Of a stretch of DNA of 64,000 nt, positions 1 to 11,161 are shown in pieces (positions within the stretch are counted from its first letter, which is position 1; the number at the start of each line of letters is the position of its first letter). A model generated the notes under the pieces. It was not told where the DNA came from and did not search any database. It worked only from the letters and a program-made list of their open reading frames with translations. Source of the DNA: Hyaloraphidium curvatum SAG 235-1 (taxonomy: Eukaryota; Fungi; Monoblepharomycota); contig JAIVFI010000001.1 in the NCBI GenBank assembly GCA_025558095.1, positions 310,001-374,000 of the forward strand. Direction: 5' to 3'. The position numbers were made by a program, and so were the translations under genes.

Positions 1-3000
1 CGAAGGGGAAGCCGTGGAGGCGGAATATTTCGCGAAGGAAGAGCCGAGCGGTGTCGTCGGCGGAGAAGTCCTTCCGCGCGCCAGCGAAATGAGCCTGCTT
101 GGTCGACCGATCGGCCACGACGAGCACGGCGTCGAATCCCTCGGACTGGGGCAGGTCGGTGACGAAGTCCATACTGATCGAACGCCAAGGTCCGTCCGGG
201 ATTGGAAGTGGCTGGAGAAGGCCGTGCGGGGCATGGCGCGGGGCCTTGGTTCGCGTGCACGTCTCGCAGCTCCGAATGTAGCGGGCGACGGTGTCCCAAA
301 CACGCGGCCACCAAAAATCTCGCAATATGAGCTCCACAGTCTTGCGAATTCCGAAGTGGCCGGCAGTAACGGCATCGTGACGGGTTCGGAGAAGCTCCGT
401 CCGAGACTTGCCGACCGGCACGAAGATGAGACCGTCGCGGTAGAGAACGCCATCGAGAAGATGGAAACGAGAAACGGACGCGTCGTGAGCCTCCAGAAGA
501 GCGATAATGCGACGGGCGAATGGGTCCTTGGCCGTATCGCGACGGATCATGTCCAGGAAATCCAACGAAGTCGCGTGGAGCGCGGCGACCAGGTGCGGCC
601 CGAGGAGCGTGACGCGCTGTTGCGTAGAGACATCGTCGAAGTTGCCCGGAACGTAGTCGGAGCGGCGAGAAAGCGCGTCGGCGACGACTTGATCGGTGCC
701 GGGTCGATGCTTCAAAACAAAGTCGTAGCCCGCGAGGGTCATGGCCCATCGAGCCTGACGGCGATTGAGCATCTGCTGCTTCATGAAGTACTCCAGGTTC
801 TTGTGGTCCGTGAAGACGTCGACTTTATGCGGGCTACCCTCGAGGTATCGCCGCCACGCCTTGAACGCGTCGACAACTGCGAGTAGCTCCTTGTCGTAGA
901 TCGGGTAGTTGATCTCCGCCGGCTGGAACTTCCGGGAATGAAACGCCACGGGATGCATAAGCCCGTCGTTGGGGGCGGGCTGCGACAGCACGGCTCCGAG
1001 GGCGAAGTCGGAAGCATCTGCCTCAACTGTGTACGGAACGGCTGGATCGGCGTTACGCAGGAACGGAGCCGAAGTGAAAGCGGATTTGAGCGCATCGAAG
1101 GCTGCGCGAGCTTCCGGCGTGAAACGGAACGGATCGCCCGGCTTGAGCTTAGTGAGGTCCGTGAGCGGAAGTGTGATCTGCGCGTAGTCCTTGATGAAGC
1201 AGCGGTAGAAGTTGGCAAAGCCGAGGAAGCTTTGGAGCTGGCGAAGGGTCGCAGGCTCGGGCCATGAGGTGATGGACTCGACCTTGGAGGGGTCCATGAT
1301 GACCTTGCCGTCGCCCACGATGAACCCGGCGTACTCGACGGTCGTAACATCGAACGAACACTTGGAGAGCTTCGCGTACAGGTGGTTGTCCCGGAGGCGC
1401 TGCAGAACCTGGCGCACATGCCCCGCGTGATCGGCTTCGTTCTCTGAGAAGATCAAGATGTCGTCGAGGTAGATCGCGACGAAGATGTCGAGTACGTCAT
1501 GGAAGATGCTGTGCATGAAGCGCTGGAAGATGGCCGGCGCATTCATGAGGCCCATGGGCATGACGAGGTACTCGAACTGGCCGTAGCGGGTGCGGAAAGC
1601 CGTCTTCCACTCGTCTCCTTCGCGGACGCGAATCTGACGGTAGGCTTCGCGGAGATCCAGCTTGGTGAAGATCTTGGCACGGGAGAGGCGGTCCAGAAGG
1701 TCGGAAATGAGCGGGATCGGGTAGCGGTCTCGCTTCGTGATCCGGTTGAGACCGCGGTAATCCTCGCAGACGCGAAGCCCGCCGTCCTTCTTCTTTGCAA
1801 AGATGACTGGAACCCCGCTCGGAGAATCCGAAGGGCGGAGACGCCCCGATGCGGAAAGCTCTTCGATGTGCTTCCGGAGTGCCTCGGATTCGACTTCGGA
1901 GAGGCCGTGGAGACGTCCAGAAGGAGGGACTGCCCCTTCTTCGAGTTCGATTGCGCAATCGAAACCGGGACGATGCGGCGGCAGTGACGATGCAGGCTTG
2001 TCCGGGTCGAAGACGTCCGCGAAGTCGGCGTACTGCGATGGGACCGTGGGCTCGGCGGCGGCCGCGCTTGCAGCGCGCGCGGCGGGGTCGGAGACCATGG
2101 CGACGAAGATCTGTGCGTCCTTGCGCTCGCGACGCATCTCGGCGACAAACTGGCGCGCCGAGAGATTAGCGATCTTCACCTTAGGCGGCGGAGGCGGAGG
2201 TACTTCCGGAGGCGCGCCCCGACCGGTCCCATCGGCCGGGGTTGGCCTCGGCGGTTGTTCGTCGACCCCGCGGCCCAAGGGGACGGCCTGCGGAGGTCTG
2301 CCTGCGTCGCCCGATCCCATGGAAGCCGAAAAAGAAGCCGTGTGTGGGTATTCGGACTCCGTGATGTCCTCGAGGATGGTCCGGTCGCTGGCCTGGCTGG
2401 AGGCGGGGTCAGCAGCTGGGAGACATCCACCGGCAGAGACGGATACGTCCACCGGGGCCGCCCGGCTGGCGCCTTCAGCCGGGCTTGTCTTTGGCGGTTC
2501 CTGATCCGCCGCCGGAGCCTTAGGCGCGCTCAACGGCGGGGAAACTCCCTGTGCGAACGGGCGAGGGATCCGCAGGGATCGACGGGACCAATCGAGCGCC
2601 GCGTTCACGAACTCGAGGTACGAGAGTCCGAGAACGACCGGAATCGACGCGCTGATGATGTTGAAGCTGACTCCGACGGTAATGCCATCGGCTGTCAGTG
2701 CGACGGGCTCCGTCTCCTGGGTGACGTCGCCCGACGAAATAGGCCGCCCGTCCACCACGTCGAGCCCGAAAGGCGTGGAGCGCTGCAAGCACGAGTATCC
2801 AACGCAGCGCGCGAAAGCCTCGTCCATGAAGCAGGCGTCGGCGCCGGAGTCCACGAGTGCGTCCACGATCCGAAGCCGGCCGTCCGGAAGCACGATGCGC
2901 ACGGGAATGACGAAGGAAGGAACCGGGTCGGACCGGAGCAGAGGAAATGGCGGCCGCCCGGAAGACGCCGCCAAGCAAGGGGCACGGGAAAACTGAAGAC

Positions 3001-3058
3001 TTGTATTGGCATCGCCAGCGTCGGAGGTGCCCCGGAATCCGAGCTGGCGTTTCAAAAA
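1..3058 (-). CDS. pol: Pol polyprotein (protease, reverse transcriptase, RNase H, integrase), runs off window start
   Basis: One frame holds ALVDSGADACFMD (about 2851), YLDDILIFS (about 1470), VEADASDFALGAV (about 1020) and the integrase HHCC region (HDAVTAGHFG...CETC) plus ISMDFVTDLP. The ORF track shows no stop-terminated ORF in this frame. The frame is -1 relative to gag. Confidence 0.95.
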
Positions 3059-4245
3059 GACGACGATGCAGACTTGGCGGGGCAAAAGGCCTTGACGTGA
3101 CCGGGCTGACCACAGTAAATGCAGAGCCCCTCGCGAAGGCGGCGCTGGCGCTCCTCCGGCGTCAGCTTGGCGCGCGACCCTGAGGACGCCGAGCCTGAAG
3201 CCCCGCCCGGCTGGCCAGATGCAGACGCGGAGCCCAGCACCATCGGCACGGGGCCGGAAGCACTTGCGGAAGGAGCTGCCGGAGAGACATGCGATCCGAT
3301 GGGCACCGACTGCATCGCTCCGGGGTAGGGATACCCAGAGGTGGGCCGGTCGCGGCTCCGAGCTTTGCGCAGCGCAGCTTGCTGCTCGGAGAGGCGAACT
3401 TGAGCAGCAAATGCGATCTTCTTCGCTTCCTGGTACGTGCTGGGCTTCGAATGCTGGCCCATCTGGTTCACGATCTCCGCGGAGAGGCCAGCCAGGAACA
3501 TATCCATGAACGTGGCATCACTGTAGCCCTCGACATCCGGCTTCAAGCTTTCAAATTCGACTGCGTATTCGGCCAGATGCCCGGGCTTCTGGACGAGTGC
3601 ATGGAGCGCATTGACGGCGGAAGTGTGTCGAAGTGGCATCTGAAAGGTAGAGAGAAACTCCTCGCGAAGCGAGATCCACGAGGGCGCAATCGTCCCGGAG
3701 CTGCTCTGCTGGGCAGCAAACCAGCGGAGCGCATCGCCCTTGAGAAGCAGACTGAAGAACGCGATCTTTTGGGCGTCCGAGGCAAGCTCCGGCTTGAGCT
3801 CGAGCGCGTTGTCGACCTGCATCATGAAGTAACGGGTGCGTGCGTGATCGGTCCCGTCGAACTTGTCCGGGGTAGGCACGTTGATCGGTTTCGCGGTTGG
3901 GGCAGCAGCGGCGTGCTGGGGCAGGAACCCCATGCGCGCGACAGAGCCGACAAACGCGTCCGTGAGCGCAGCGGCGGACACCGAAATCGGAGCAGACAGA
4001 GGAGCGTGCTGCGCGACGTGGGTTGCTTGGGAAGCGCGGTAGGTGGCGACTTGGGCACGGATCGGGAGCGCGATGAACTCGGGCTGAGCGTCGCCGAGGG
4101 CGTCCAAGAAGCTGACGAAAGCAGCACGCTCCTGCGGCTCGAGGGTATCAAGGAAAACCCTTTCGCGCTCGATAAGGACTTCGACGGGAGTCTGGGGGTC
4201 CGGGGTCGCGGAGAGGAGATCGCGGAGAGCGTCGGCGCCAGCCAT
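3052..4245 (-). CDS. gag: Gag (retrotransposon capsid domain + zinc knuckle)
   Basis: PDKFDG...LLKGDALRWF capsid motif; C-terminal RRLREGLCIYCGQPGHVKAFC knuckle. Confidence 0.95.
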   Translation of the reverse strand: MAGADALRDLLSATPDPQTPVEVLIERERVFLDTLEPQERAAFVSFLDALGDAQPEFIALPIRAQVATYRASQATHVAQHAPLSAPISVSAAALTDAFVGSVARMGFLPQHAAAAPTAKPINVPTPDKFDGTDHARTRYFMMQVDNALELKPELASDAQKIAFFSLLLKGDALRWFAAQQSSSGTIAPSWISLREEFLSTFQMPLRHTSAVNALHALVQKPGHLAEYAVEFESLKPDVEGYSDATFMDMFLAGLSAEIVNQMGQHSKPSTYQEAKKIAFAAQVRLSEQQAALRKARSRDRPTSGYPYPGAMQSVPIGSHVSPAAPSASASGPVPMVLGSASASGQPGGASGSASSGSRAKLTPEERQRRLREGLCIYCGQPGHVKAFCPAKSASSSF

Positions 4246-4297
4246 GCTGCACCGAGGGCGAGGTCACGGGGAACGGGAAACGTGGATTCAGGGTTGG

Positions 4298-4308
4298 AAC
4301 GTCGTCAA
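4298..4308 (-). promoter_or_regulatory. Self-priming primer-binding site
   Basis: TTGACGACGTT, 2 nt after the LTR, is exactly complementary to AACGTCGTCAA inside the LTR (4359-4349). There is no TGG-type tRNA PBS. Confidence 0.8.
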
Positions 4309-4310
4309 AC

Positions 4311-4441
4311 TGTCAGGACGGGGCGCGGGGGACCCGTAAAGACCTGTGTTGACGACGTTGAGGAGTCACTACACAGCACTGCGCCTAGTCTTCCCTCGCC
4401 GGGGACCACCGTCCCCCTTGCCCCGACGCCGGCGCGTTACA
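4311..4441 (-). repeat. 5' LTR (131 bp)
   Basis: Minus strand reads TGTAAC...CTGACA (canonical TG..CA ends), 66 bp upstream of the gag ATG and directly before the primer-binding site. The partner LTR is outside the window. Confidence 0.8.
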
Positions 4442-5750
4442 TAGGGGAACCAAGCGCTGCGAGCCTCCGCCCGTACTCCTCCAGCGCCGCCCGCAGCCTC
4501 CCCTCCCACGCCCGCATGCCAACCGGATCCCACGGCGTTTCGACGTCGTCCTTCGCGTCCCTGTCGGCCTTGTAGTGCAGCATCCTCAGCTCCGTGTTCG
4601 GGTCGAGGTACCTCGGCCGCCGCGGCGGCGAATCCACGACGTGGACCGAGTGCGTGCCGACGTCGGATGGGCGGAAGAAGACCTTGTGGCGGCCGGCGGT
4701 GTCGAAGGCCGGGTAGCGGAAGCGGGCGGAGGTGACCAGAGGCCCCAAGCTCGGCTGTTTGGCGGCGGTAACGTTGCTCGATCCAGGACCGCGCGAATAG
4801 AACCAGCTGTACGCGGCAAAGTGCGTCCTCCTGCCCGGTTTCGCGGCCGCCTCGATGCGCCGGAGCAGCGCAGGCACCATCCGCTCCCCGATGGGCAGCA
4901 TGTACTCGTCCTTGTCGTGGACGGTCATCCACTCGGCCAGCGCGCCGTACCGCCGGATGCAGTGGTTGTTGGCGGCGATCTGCTGCAGGACCCACGTCCG
5001 GCCGAGCTCGGGCTGCTTTCCGAGCTCGAAGCGGGGCCATGGCACCACGGTGACCAAGCCGTCGGCCACAAAAGGGCCGAGCGCGCGGGCCAGGTCGGCC
5101 GGGAAGGCCGAGTGCGGCTCGTGGTGCGCGTAGATGAAGAAGTGCGAATAGCCAACGAGCCGGTGGAACGAAATCCATTCCGGCAGTCCCTCGTCGTTAT
5201 TGACCATAGTGCACACCGCGAGTTCGAAGGAGGGCGGTGCTTCCGGGCCGCAGCGAGAAGGATGGGGTTCAAGCCGGTAGAATCTGGCCGGAGACGCTCC
5301 GCGGGGCACTACGCCAACTCGAACAGTTCGCCCGCTGTCCAGCAGTGTTCGTGCGCTCGTAGGTATGGGGCAACGCCGGGCCAATACGTGCTCGCTCGCG
5401 TTGAGGTACTCCGAAGGTTCGAGCACGGAGCGCTGTCCGCCCTCGAACACGCAGTCCAGAGCAGTCCGCTCCGCGCGCGACAGCAAATAACTGTCTCCGT
5501 CGACGCCGCCCAGGAGGGTGGCATTTTCGTGCAGGGCGTCGGCGAGGAGCGCGAAACCGGGCGGCTGTGATACAGCCGACAAATCGACATCGACGCGGCC
5601 CGGGGTGTGCAGGCCGGCAATAAGCGGTGCGCCACGGCACGGCGACGAGTCCGTCGCCTCCAACGAGAAAAGGGTTCGCGTTCCGGCAAACAGGGCGGCG
5701 GCGACGAGCAGGAGCACCGGGAATCGGAAAACGCGCGGTCCACGGTGCAT
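4437..5750 (-). CDS. GT92/GT2-like (DUF23-type) glycosyltransferase, type II membrane, intronless
   Basis: N-terminal hydrophobic anchor (PVLLLVAAALF), LAVCTMVNNDEGLPEWISFHRLVGYSHFFIY, QQIAANNHCI, DxDEY motif (HDKDEYM). Confidence 0.75.
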   Translation of the reverse strand: MHRGPRVFRFPVLLLVAAALFAGTRTLFSLEATDSSPCRGAPLIAGLHTPGRVDVDLSAVSQPPGFALLADALHENATLLGGVDGDSYLLSRAERTALDCVFEGGQRSVLEPSEYLNASEHVLARRCPIPTSARTLLDSGRTVRVGVVPRGASPARFYRLEPHPSRCGPEAPPSFELAVCTMVNNDEGLPEWISFHRLVGYSHFFIYAHHEPHSAFPADLARALGPFVADGLVTVVPWPRFELGKQPELGRTWVLQQIAANNHCIRRYGALAEWMTVHDKDEYMLPIGERMVPALLRRIEAAAKPGRRTHFAAYSWFYSRGPGSSNVTAAKQPSLGPLVTSARFRYPAFDTAGRHKVFFRPSDVGTHSVHVVDSPPRRPRYLDPNTELRMLHYKADRDAKDDVETPWDPVGMRAWEGRLRAALEEYGRRLAALGSPM

Positions 5751-6078
5751 CGCACATTCCGCTCGCAAAGCCGAGCGAGGGCCTCGCCGGAGCGGTCCGC
5801 AAGGCTGCAGCACCGATGTCGGTGAGCGGTATCGGCTTTGCTTCAGTGCGAGGGAGAGGTTGAACTGCTGCCGGCGACAGATGAAGGTCCCACGTACCGC
5901 CGGCCCAGGGAATGTCGCCCAACCGGACAAGGAAGGCCAAGACAGAGCGTGGATGGAAGATGCAGCAAACGATAGATTACCTCTGCATGCCGGCCAGCCC
6001 GTGTTCCCATTCGAATCCGCACCCTGGACGAGCGCATCTCCACCTCCTTCCCCTTCCTTCCCCCATCCAGCAAACACC

Positions 6079-7569
6079 TCACTCAAGGTCCCAGTAGTGC
6101 GCATAGATCCCGCACAACCTGCACAGCCAGTCCCTTCCGCCGTTCCTCGCGAACGCCAGCCTCTTGCGCCGCTCGAACCCCTCGGACGCCTTGCCCTTCA
6201 GCCGCCACCCGAAATGCCGGTCGTACGCCCCGCGGTCCTTGACCAGCTTGGACAGGTACGCGCCCAGCTCCTCGGGCGATCGGCTGGCCGCGGATACGTA
6301 GCTGCCCCTGCCCCCGGGCGCGTGCTCCTCGGCCGTCAAGGGGTGGGCGAGCACGACAGGCAACGAGCCCGAGAGGTGCGCCGCGTCCATCTTTTCGGTC
6401 GCGTAGTCCAGCATGATCCGGCTCTCCAGCCCGGGAGCGAGCGGGTAGTGCGAGTAGAGCATCGCGTTCTCGGCGTCACGCAGAGCGTTGTAGAAGGTGT
6501 TGCCCAGCTCGGGCCCGCGCGGTGAAGGCGCGCGGAAGCACGCGAAGTGCTCCACCGCGAGGCCGCCGGATTCCACGCCGCGGAGGAAGGATGCGCGGGG
6601 CTCGGCCTTGCAGTTGGCGATGCGGGTGGCGAAGGGCGGGTGGGCGCCGGCGAGCCAGGGTTTCGAGGCGTTGACTGGGGGGATGCCGGCCCAGAGCTTG
6701 GAATGCAGTTCGGGGCGGGGGCGGAGTGTGCCGAGGAGACCAAAGGCGGCGAGGTCCGACGAGGCGGATGCGGGCGAGCGGAAGATCGGGGGCAGGGCGT
6801 CGCCGTAATAGGTGGTGGGCACTTCGGAGAAGCGCGACCACGAAGAGAAGATCTCGACGTGCTCGGGCGACAGCGCGTCCGCCAGCCCGTCGACGTCGCT
6901 GGGCGGCTGCGGTTCCAGCGAGAGCAGTGCCCGCTTCTGCCACTTGCGCGGCCCCAGGCCGTTTCCATATTGGAATTTGACCCAGTGCGCCTCCAAGTGC
7001 GCAAGCAGGACGTGCGCCCGTTCGCGCTGCGCGTCCGACTTGCCGAGCATCGCACGGCAGGGCGTCAGCGGGCACTCGACGAGCATCTCTGTCCGGTTGG
7101 CGAAGGTTTCCTCCAGCACGCGGAAGTACCCGTGGCCATCGAGCAGCAGCACATTCACGGGCCCGTCGTGGAGCCCCGTCTCTTCCGCGCTCCTCCTCCG
7201 CCGTTTCCTGCCGGCGGCCACACTGGCTGCCAGATTGGCCTCCCGAGCGGCCTTGCGGGCCAGAAAGAGCCGCCGCAGCTCGGTCTGCCGCGCGTGGTCC
7301 GTTTCCATCCACGGGCCCCAGAACGCGCGGGCTGCGGGCGTCTCGAAGCCCGCACGTGCGAGCCAGTCCTCGAGCGGTGGCACGAGCATTTCCTCGTCCG
7401 AGAACGGGTGCGTCCAGCCGTGCTCCGGAAAGGGGTCGAGATCCAGGGAGCGTCCCGAATCCGGGGGGAGGCGCGATTCCGCGTCCCCGAGTCCCCGATG
7501 GCCCGGAGGCAGGAACGACACCGCGGCCAGCAGCGCCAAGAGGGAAATGAAGATGCGGCGCCGCGACAT
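6079..7569 (-). CDS. GT10 alpha-1,3-fucosyltransferase-like protein, divergent, intronless
   Basis: N-terminal anchor; YSHYPLAPGLESRIMLDYATEKMDAAHLSGSLPVVL resembles the GT10 motif (YKFxLxFENS..DYVTEK...GxVPVV). Confidence 0.7.
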   Translation of the reverse strand: MSRRRIFISLLALLAAVSFLPPGHRGLGDAESRLPPDSGRSLDLDPFPEHGWTHPFSDEEMLVPPLEDWLARAGFETPAARAFWGPWMETDHARQTELRRLFLARKAAREANLAASVAAGRKRRRRSAEETGLHDGPVNVLLLDGHGYFRVLEETFANRTEMLVECPLTPCRAMLGKSDAQRERAHVLLAHLEAHWVKFQYGNGLGPRKWQKRALLSLEPQPPSDVDGLADALSPEHVEIFSSWSRFSEVPTTYYGDALPPIFRSPASASSDLAAFGLLGTLRPRPELHSKLWAGIPPVNASKPWLAGAHPPFATRIANCKAEPRASFLRGVESGGLAVEHFACFRAPSPRGPELGNTFYNALRDAENAMLYSHYPLAPGLESRIMLDYATEKMDAAHLSGSLPVVLAHPLTAEEHAPGGRGSYVSAASRSPEELGAYLSKLVKDRGAYDRHFGWRLKGKASEGFERRKRLAFARNGGRDWLCRLCGIYAHYWDLE

Positions 7570-8008
7570 CGGGGCATCGGGCGGCCTGCGTGTGGCAGCG
7601 GCCCCGACGCCGAGGTTGTTTACGCGAGTGATCGGATCATCGGTCCGCGGCGGAGGATGCGCGGATGGGGAGGCGGACCGGCCCGGAGAATGCCCATCTG
7701 GCGTTGCGCACGATGGCGGTGATGACCGCGTGGCGCACTCTGCCGGGCGGGGACTCGGACGCTCCGCGGCGGCCCCTCGAACGCACCTCGCCGATGATCT
7801 TCAACGCGGATAGGTCTATGCAACGATCGATGTTGTTTAAGTTCCTCTTGGACTTCGCGGCTATCGGCAGGGGCTTTGTTGGTGGAGATGGAGGACGGGC
7901 AAGGCAAGTCTTGAATAACACGAGGCTTCTACGCACAATCGTGCTTCCCAATTACAAGGCCTCAACCATGCTCAGAGTTCAGTCAGTTCCAGAGTACGGA
8001 TCGGCCGC

Positions 8009-10367
8009 TCAGGCCACGACGCGCGAGGTCGTGGTCTTGGAGAGCTTGGCCTGCGCGAGCATCTTGTCCGCCGATGCGGCCGCCGCCTCGGCGTCGGCCT
8101 TGGCCTCGGCGTTGCGCTTCGAGCGCCGGGCCAGGAGCACGCCGAGGGCGACCAGCGCGGCGGCGACCACGGCGCCCACCACGGCGATGCCGGCGATGGC
8201 CCCGGCCGAGAGCGTCGGCGACGACGAGGTGCTGAGAACGGTGACCGAGCCGTCGCTGGAGACCTGGATGTTCTCGGGCACCCGGATCGTGACGGGCTTG
8301 GTGGTGAGCTCGGCGTCCTGGACCGACGCGGCGGTCTCGATGTTCTGCACCGCGACGTCGCGGTAGAGCAGGCGGCGACGGCGCTGGCCGGCAAAGTTCT
8401 GCCTCTGGTCGGCGTACATCCTGATGAGCATGGTGATGGTGTACGCGATGACGAGGTTGCGGTCGTCGGGGAGGGTGATCATGGCGAGGGGCTGCGAAGT
8501 AGACACGTCGGTGTTGAGCAGGCTCTGCACCGACGAGAAGAGCTTGATGTTGGGCGTGAACGAGGTGCGGAGGGTCCACTGCTTGCCCGAGTCCCCGGAA
8601 ACGATGTCGCTGACGAAGTTGACGTTGGTGCCGAGCGCCGTGGGGGATCCAGCAGAGCCGGCGGCAAGGGCAGATCCGGCCGCCGGAGCCACCAGGTCCC
8701 AGTAGCCGGTCCGCTGCGTCCGAGACACGCGGTACCCCTTGATGGCCACGGCGTCGAGCTGCTTGTTGGTGGTGAAGACACCGTTGGCCTCGATGGTCTG
8801 GCCGATCTGGCGCGAGGTCCTGCGAGGAAAGGAGACATGAGCGGCAGTTCCAACGCACATCGCGGGCAGACTCACTGGAGGACGTCGAACTGCGTGGTCC
8901 ACGTGATCGGGAAGTCGGTCTGCGCGCTCTTGCAGAAGTCGATGTTACCGGTGAACTTGAAGGCGCCGAGGTTGGTCAACTGGAGCGCATCGCGCATCGT
9001 GACGCTGCCGCATTGGAAGTTCTGGGTGCCGTTGTAGGTCGAGTTGCAGTCCAGGTAGAAGTCGAACTGGTAGGCAGTTTCCGACGAGATCGAGCACGAT
9101 GCCGCGATGGAGAGCGTCGGCGTCCACGTGTACGTGAGGACACCCTCGACCCGGCACTCTTCTCCAATGCTGTCGCATGCGGTGCCCCCGCTGGTGTGGT
9201 AGCCGTCCCGGTTGTTGGTGAACAGGTTGGAGAAGACGCCGCCGGGGTAGACGGTGTTGTCCGTCAGGTCCTTGCCGGCGTACGTGTTGCTGCCGTCGTT
9301 CACGAGGAAGTTGTTGGCGTTGGCGGCGTAGATGGGCAGCTTGGCGAAGTAGGGGAATAACGTCGTGAGCTGGTAAGAGATGTGGGCCTTGACGACGCCG
9401 GCCTCGCTCTTCTCGTACGTGACGCCGGTGACCGTGAAGTCATCCTTGTCTGCAGGGAAGGACGCGTCAGATGGTGGGAGGCAGGACCGTGGCGAGGCAA
9501 CTTACACATGTCCTCGGTGCTCGACGTCGCGGCGGTCGTCTGGTTGACCTCGCTCTGCACCTGGATGATGACGTCGTACCAGGTCGACATGTTCCCGCGC
9601 GGGAGTCCTTCAGTGGTGCTGACGGGGAGCGCCGAGTCGTTGTCCTCCCATTCCACGTGGATGCGGCCCTTGTATGTGCGGTAGGTGCCGTTGGTCAGGG
9701 CCGACTCGTTGGCCGAGATGGTGAAGCCGCAGTTGAGGTGGTCTGCGTCGCGGAAGACCTCCCAGGCCATGGTCCACTTGTGGTTGAAGTAGCAGGTTGC
9801 GTCAGGCCCGGTGGCCGAGTTGTTCAGGAATGTGGGGTGGTTGCTGACGGTCATGGAAGGTATGCCGGGCCAGGACGAGAACCAGAACCGGGGCCAGCTT
9901 TGCGCGCAGCCGGAAGGGGCCTGCGCGAGCGCAGCCTCGTAGTTGGTCACGTTGGGGGCGGAGAGCACAACGTCCAGCTTCCTATGTGACAGCCAAGAAA
10001 GTGAGGAACGGTCGCGACCCGTGCGCAGCCGGACACCCACCTGAAGTAGCCAATGCCGTCACCGGGGGCCGGGGGCCCGCTCTGCACCCAGAACTCGACG
10101 TTGTCCGAGCCCGAGTTGACGATGTAGGTGTACGAGTCCGAGTCACCGGCGGAAAGGAGGCGGGGGCCGGCATGGATGTAGCCGGGCTGCGGGGGGCGAG
10201 GAGTCAGCGCCGAACCGGCGGGCACGCGCAGGCAGGCGCCTCACATCCGTGTCGTTGCCAATGGTGGGGAGCCGCATGACACAGGAGTCAAGCGCGCCGG
10301 CGGGCGCCGCGAGGGCCGCGAGCGCGAAGGCCCCGGCGAGGAGCAGCCTATTGCTGCGCGAGAGCAT
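8009..10367 (-). CDS. Type I membrane cell-surface protein, multi-exon, unknown function
   Basis: Signal peptide MLSRSNRLLLAGAFALAALAAPAGA; Cys- and NxS/T-containing ectodomain; TM AGAIAGIAVVGAVVAAALVALGVLLA followed by RRSKR; short GT-AG introns (e.g. 10244-10187). Confidence 0.8.
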
Positions 10368-11161
10368 GTTGAGGTTGAATGTCGTTGCGGTGGGTGATGA
10401 GGTTCTGCGGCCGGGGGGGCGTCGGAAACCCATATAGTTCGCCGGGTGCGTCCTGGATGACGACACAAAGGGACACAGAGGGCATGATGACTCAACCAGG
10501 TCGCCAGGGCCGGCCCCATAAAGAGCCAAAACAACAGCAATCATGCCGCAGCAGTCCAGCAGAGCGGTTGCGACCTGCTGCTCGTACCGGTGCTTTTGCG
10601 CTGTCCGGAACGGCGTCCAAACTCGCCGACCTTCGATTTCCTCGATTTGCTGATGTAAGCTCGGCCGCGACTTGACGCAACTATAGGGGCCGCTCGTCAG
10701 CAAGGGCCCATCCCAAGGCGGAACCAGGATCTCGAGGCGCGGGATGGCCCGGGTGGTCTGGATTATCTGTCAGCCCCTCGAGTGGGGGGGGTTGGGCGGC
10801 CATATGCGCCAGCGCCTGGCCGGCGACGCAGGGGGCCGGTCGGCGTTGGTTCAGGTCAGAGCCTCCGAGCGAGCTGGCGCTCGAGAATCGAGCAGCAGCG
10901 AGCCAGCACGCGTTCGCCGGTGGATCCCCGCCCCGGAGGTCCCGTCCTAGCGATGTCGTAGGCGAACAAGGGGCTCCGCGCTCACGGTCGCCCGCGGATG
11001 GTGGGTCGAACACCACTTTATGTACTGCCACTCCGCACGCTGCCGCATAGGATTATTCTGGAGTCTCATGCAAATCCATGTAGCTCAGATGTCAAGAGCG
11101 GGCTCCATCTCACACAGGGGTAGGGCGACCGACCGCCGCGAGCCTTCGCTGTCCGCGGCGG

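Larger units (their letters stand above)
1..4441 (-). mobile_element. Ty3/Gypsy (Tf1/sushi-like) LTR retrotransposon, 3' part beyond window edge
   Basis: 5' LTR (4441-4311), gag with CCHC knuckle, then pol in PR-RT-RNaseH-IN order, which is the Gypsy order. Confidence 0.97.

Noticed and set aside
2695-3051. Stop-codon readthrough of gag into the in-frame downstream ORF
   Set aside because: That frame stops at 2695 and lacks the protease motif; pol is in the -1 frame.
14-4575. Long plus-strand ORFs over the retrotransposon (e.g. 14-886, 3289-4575)
   Set aside because: Antisense shadows of gag/pol caused by high GC and codon bias; no motifs of their own.
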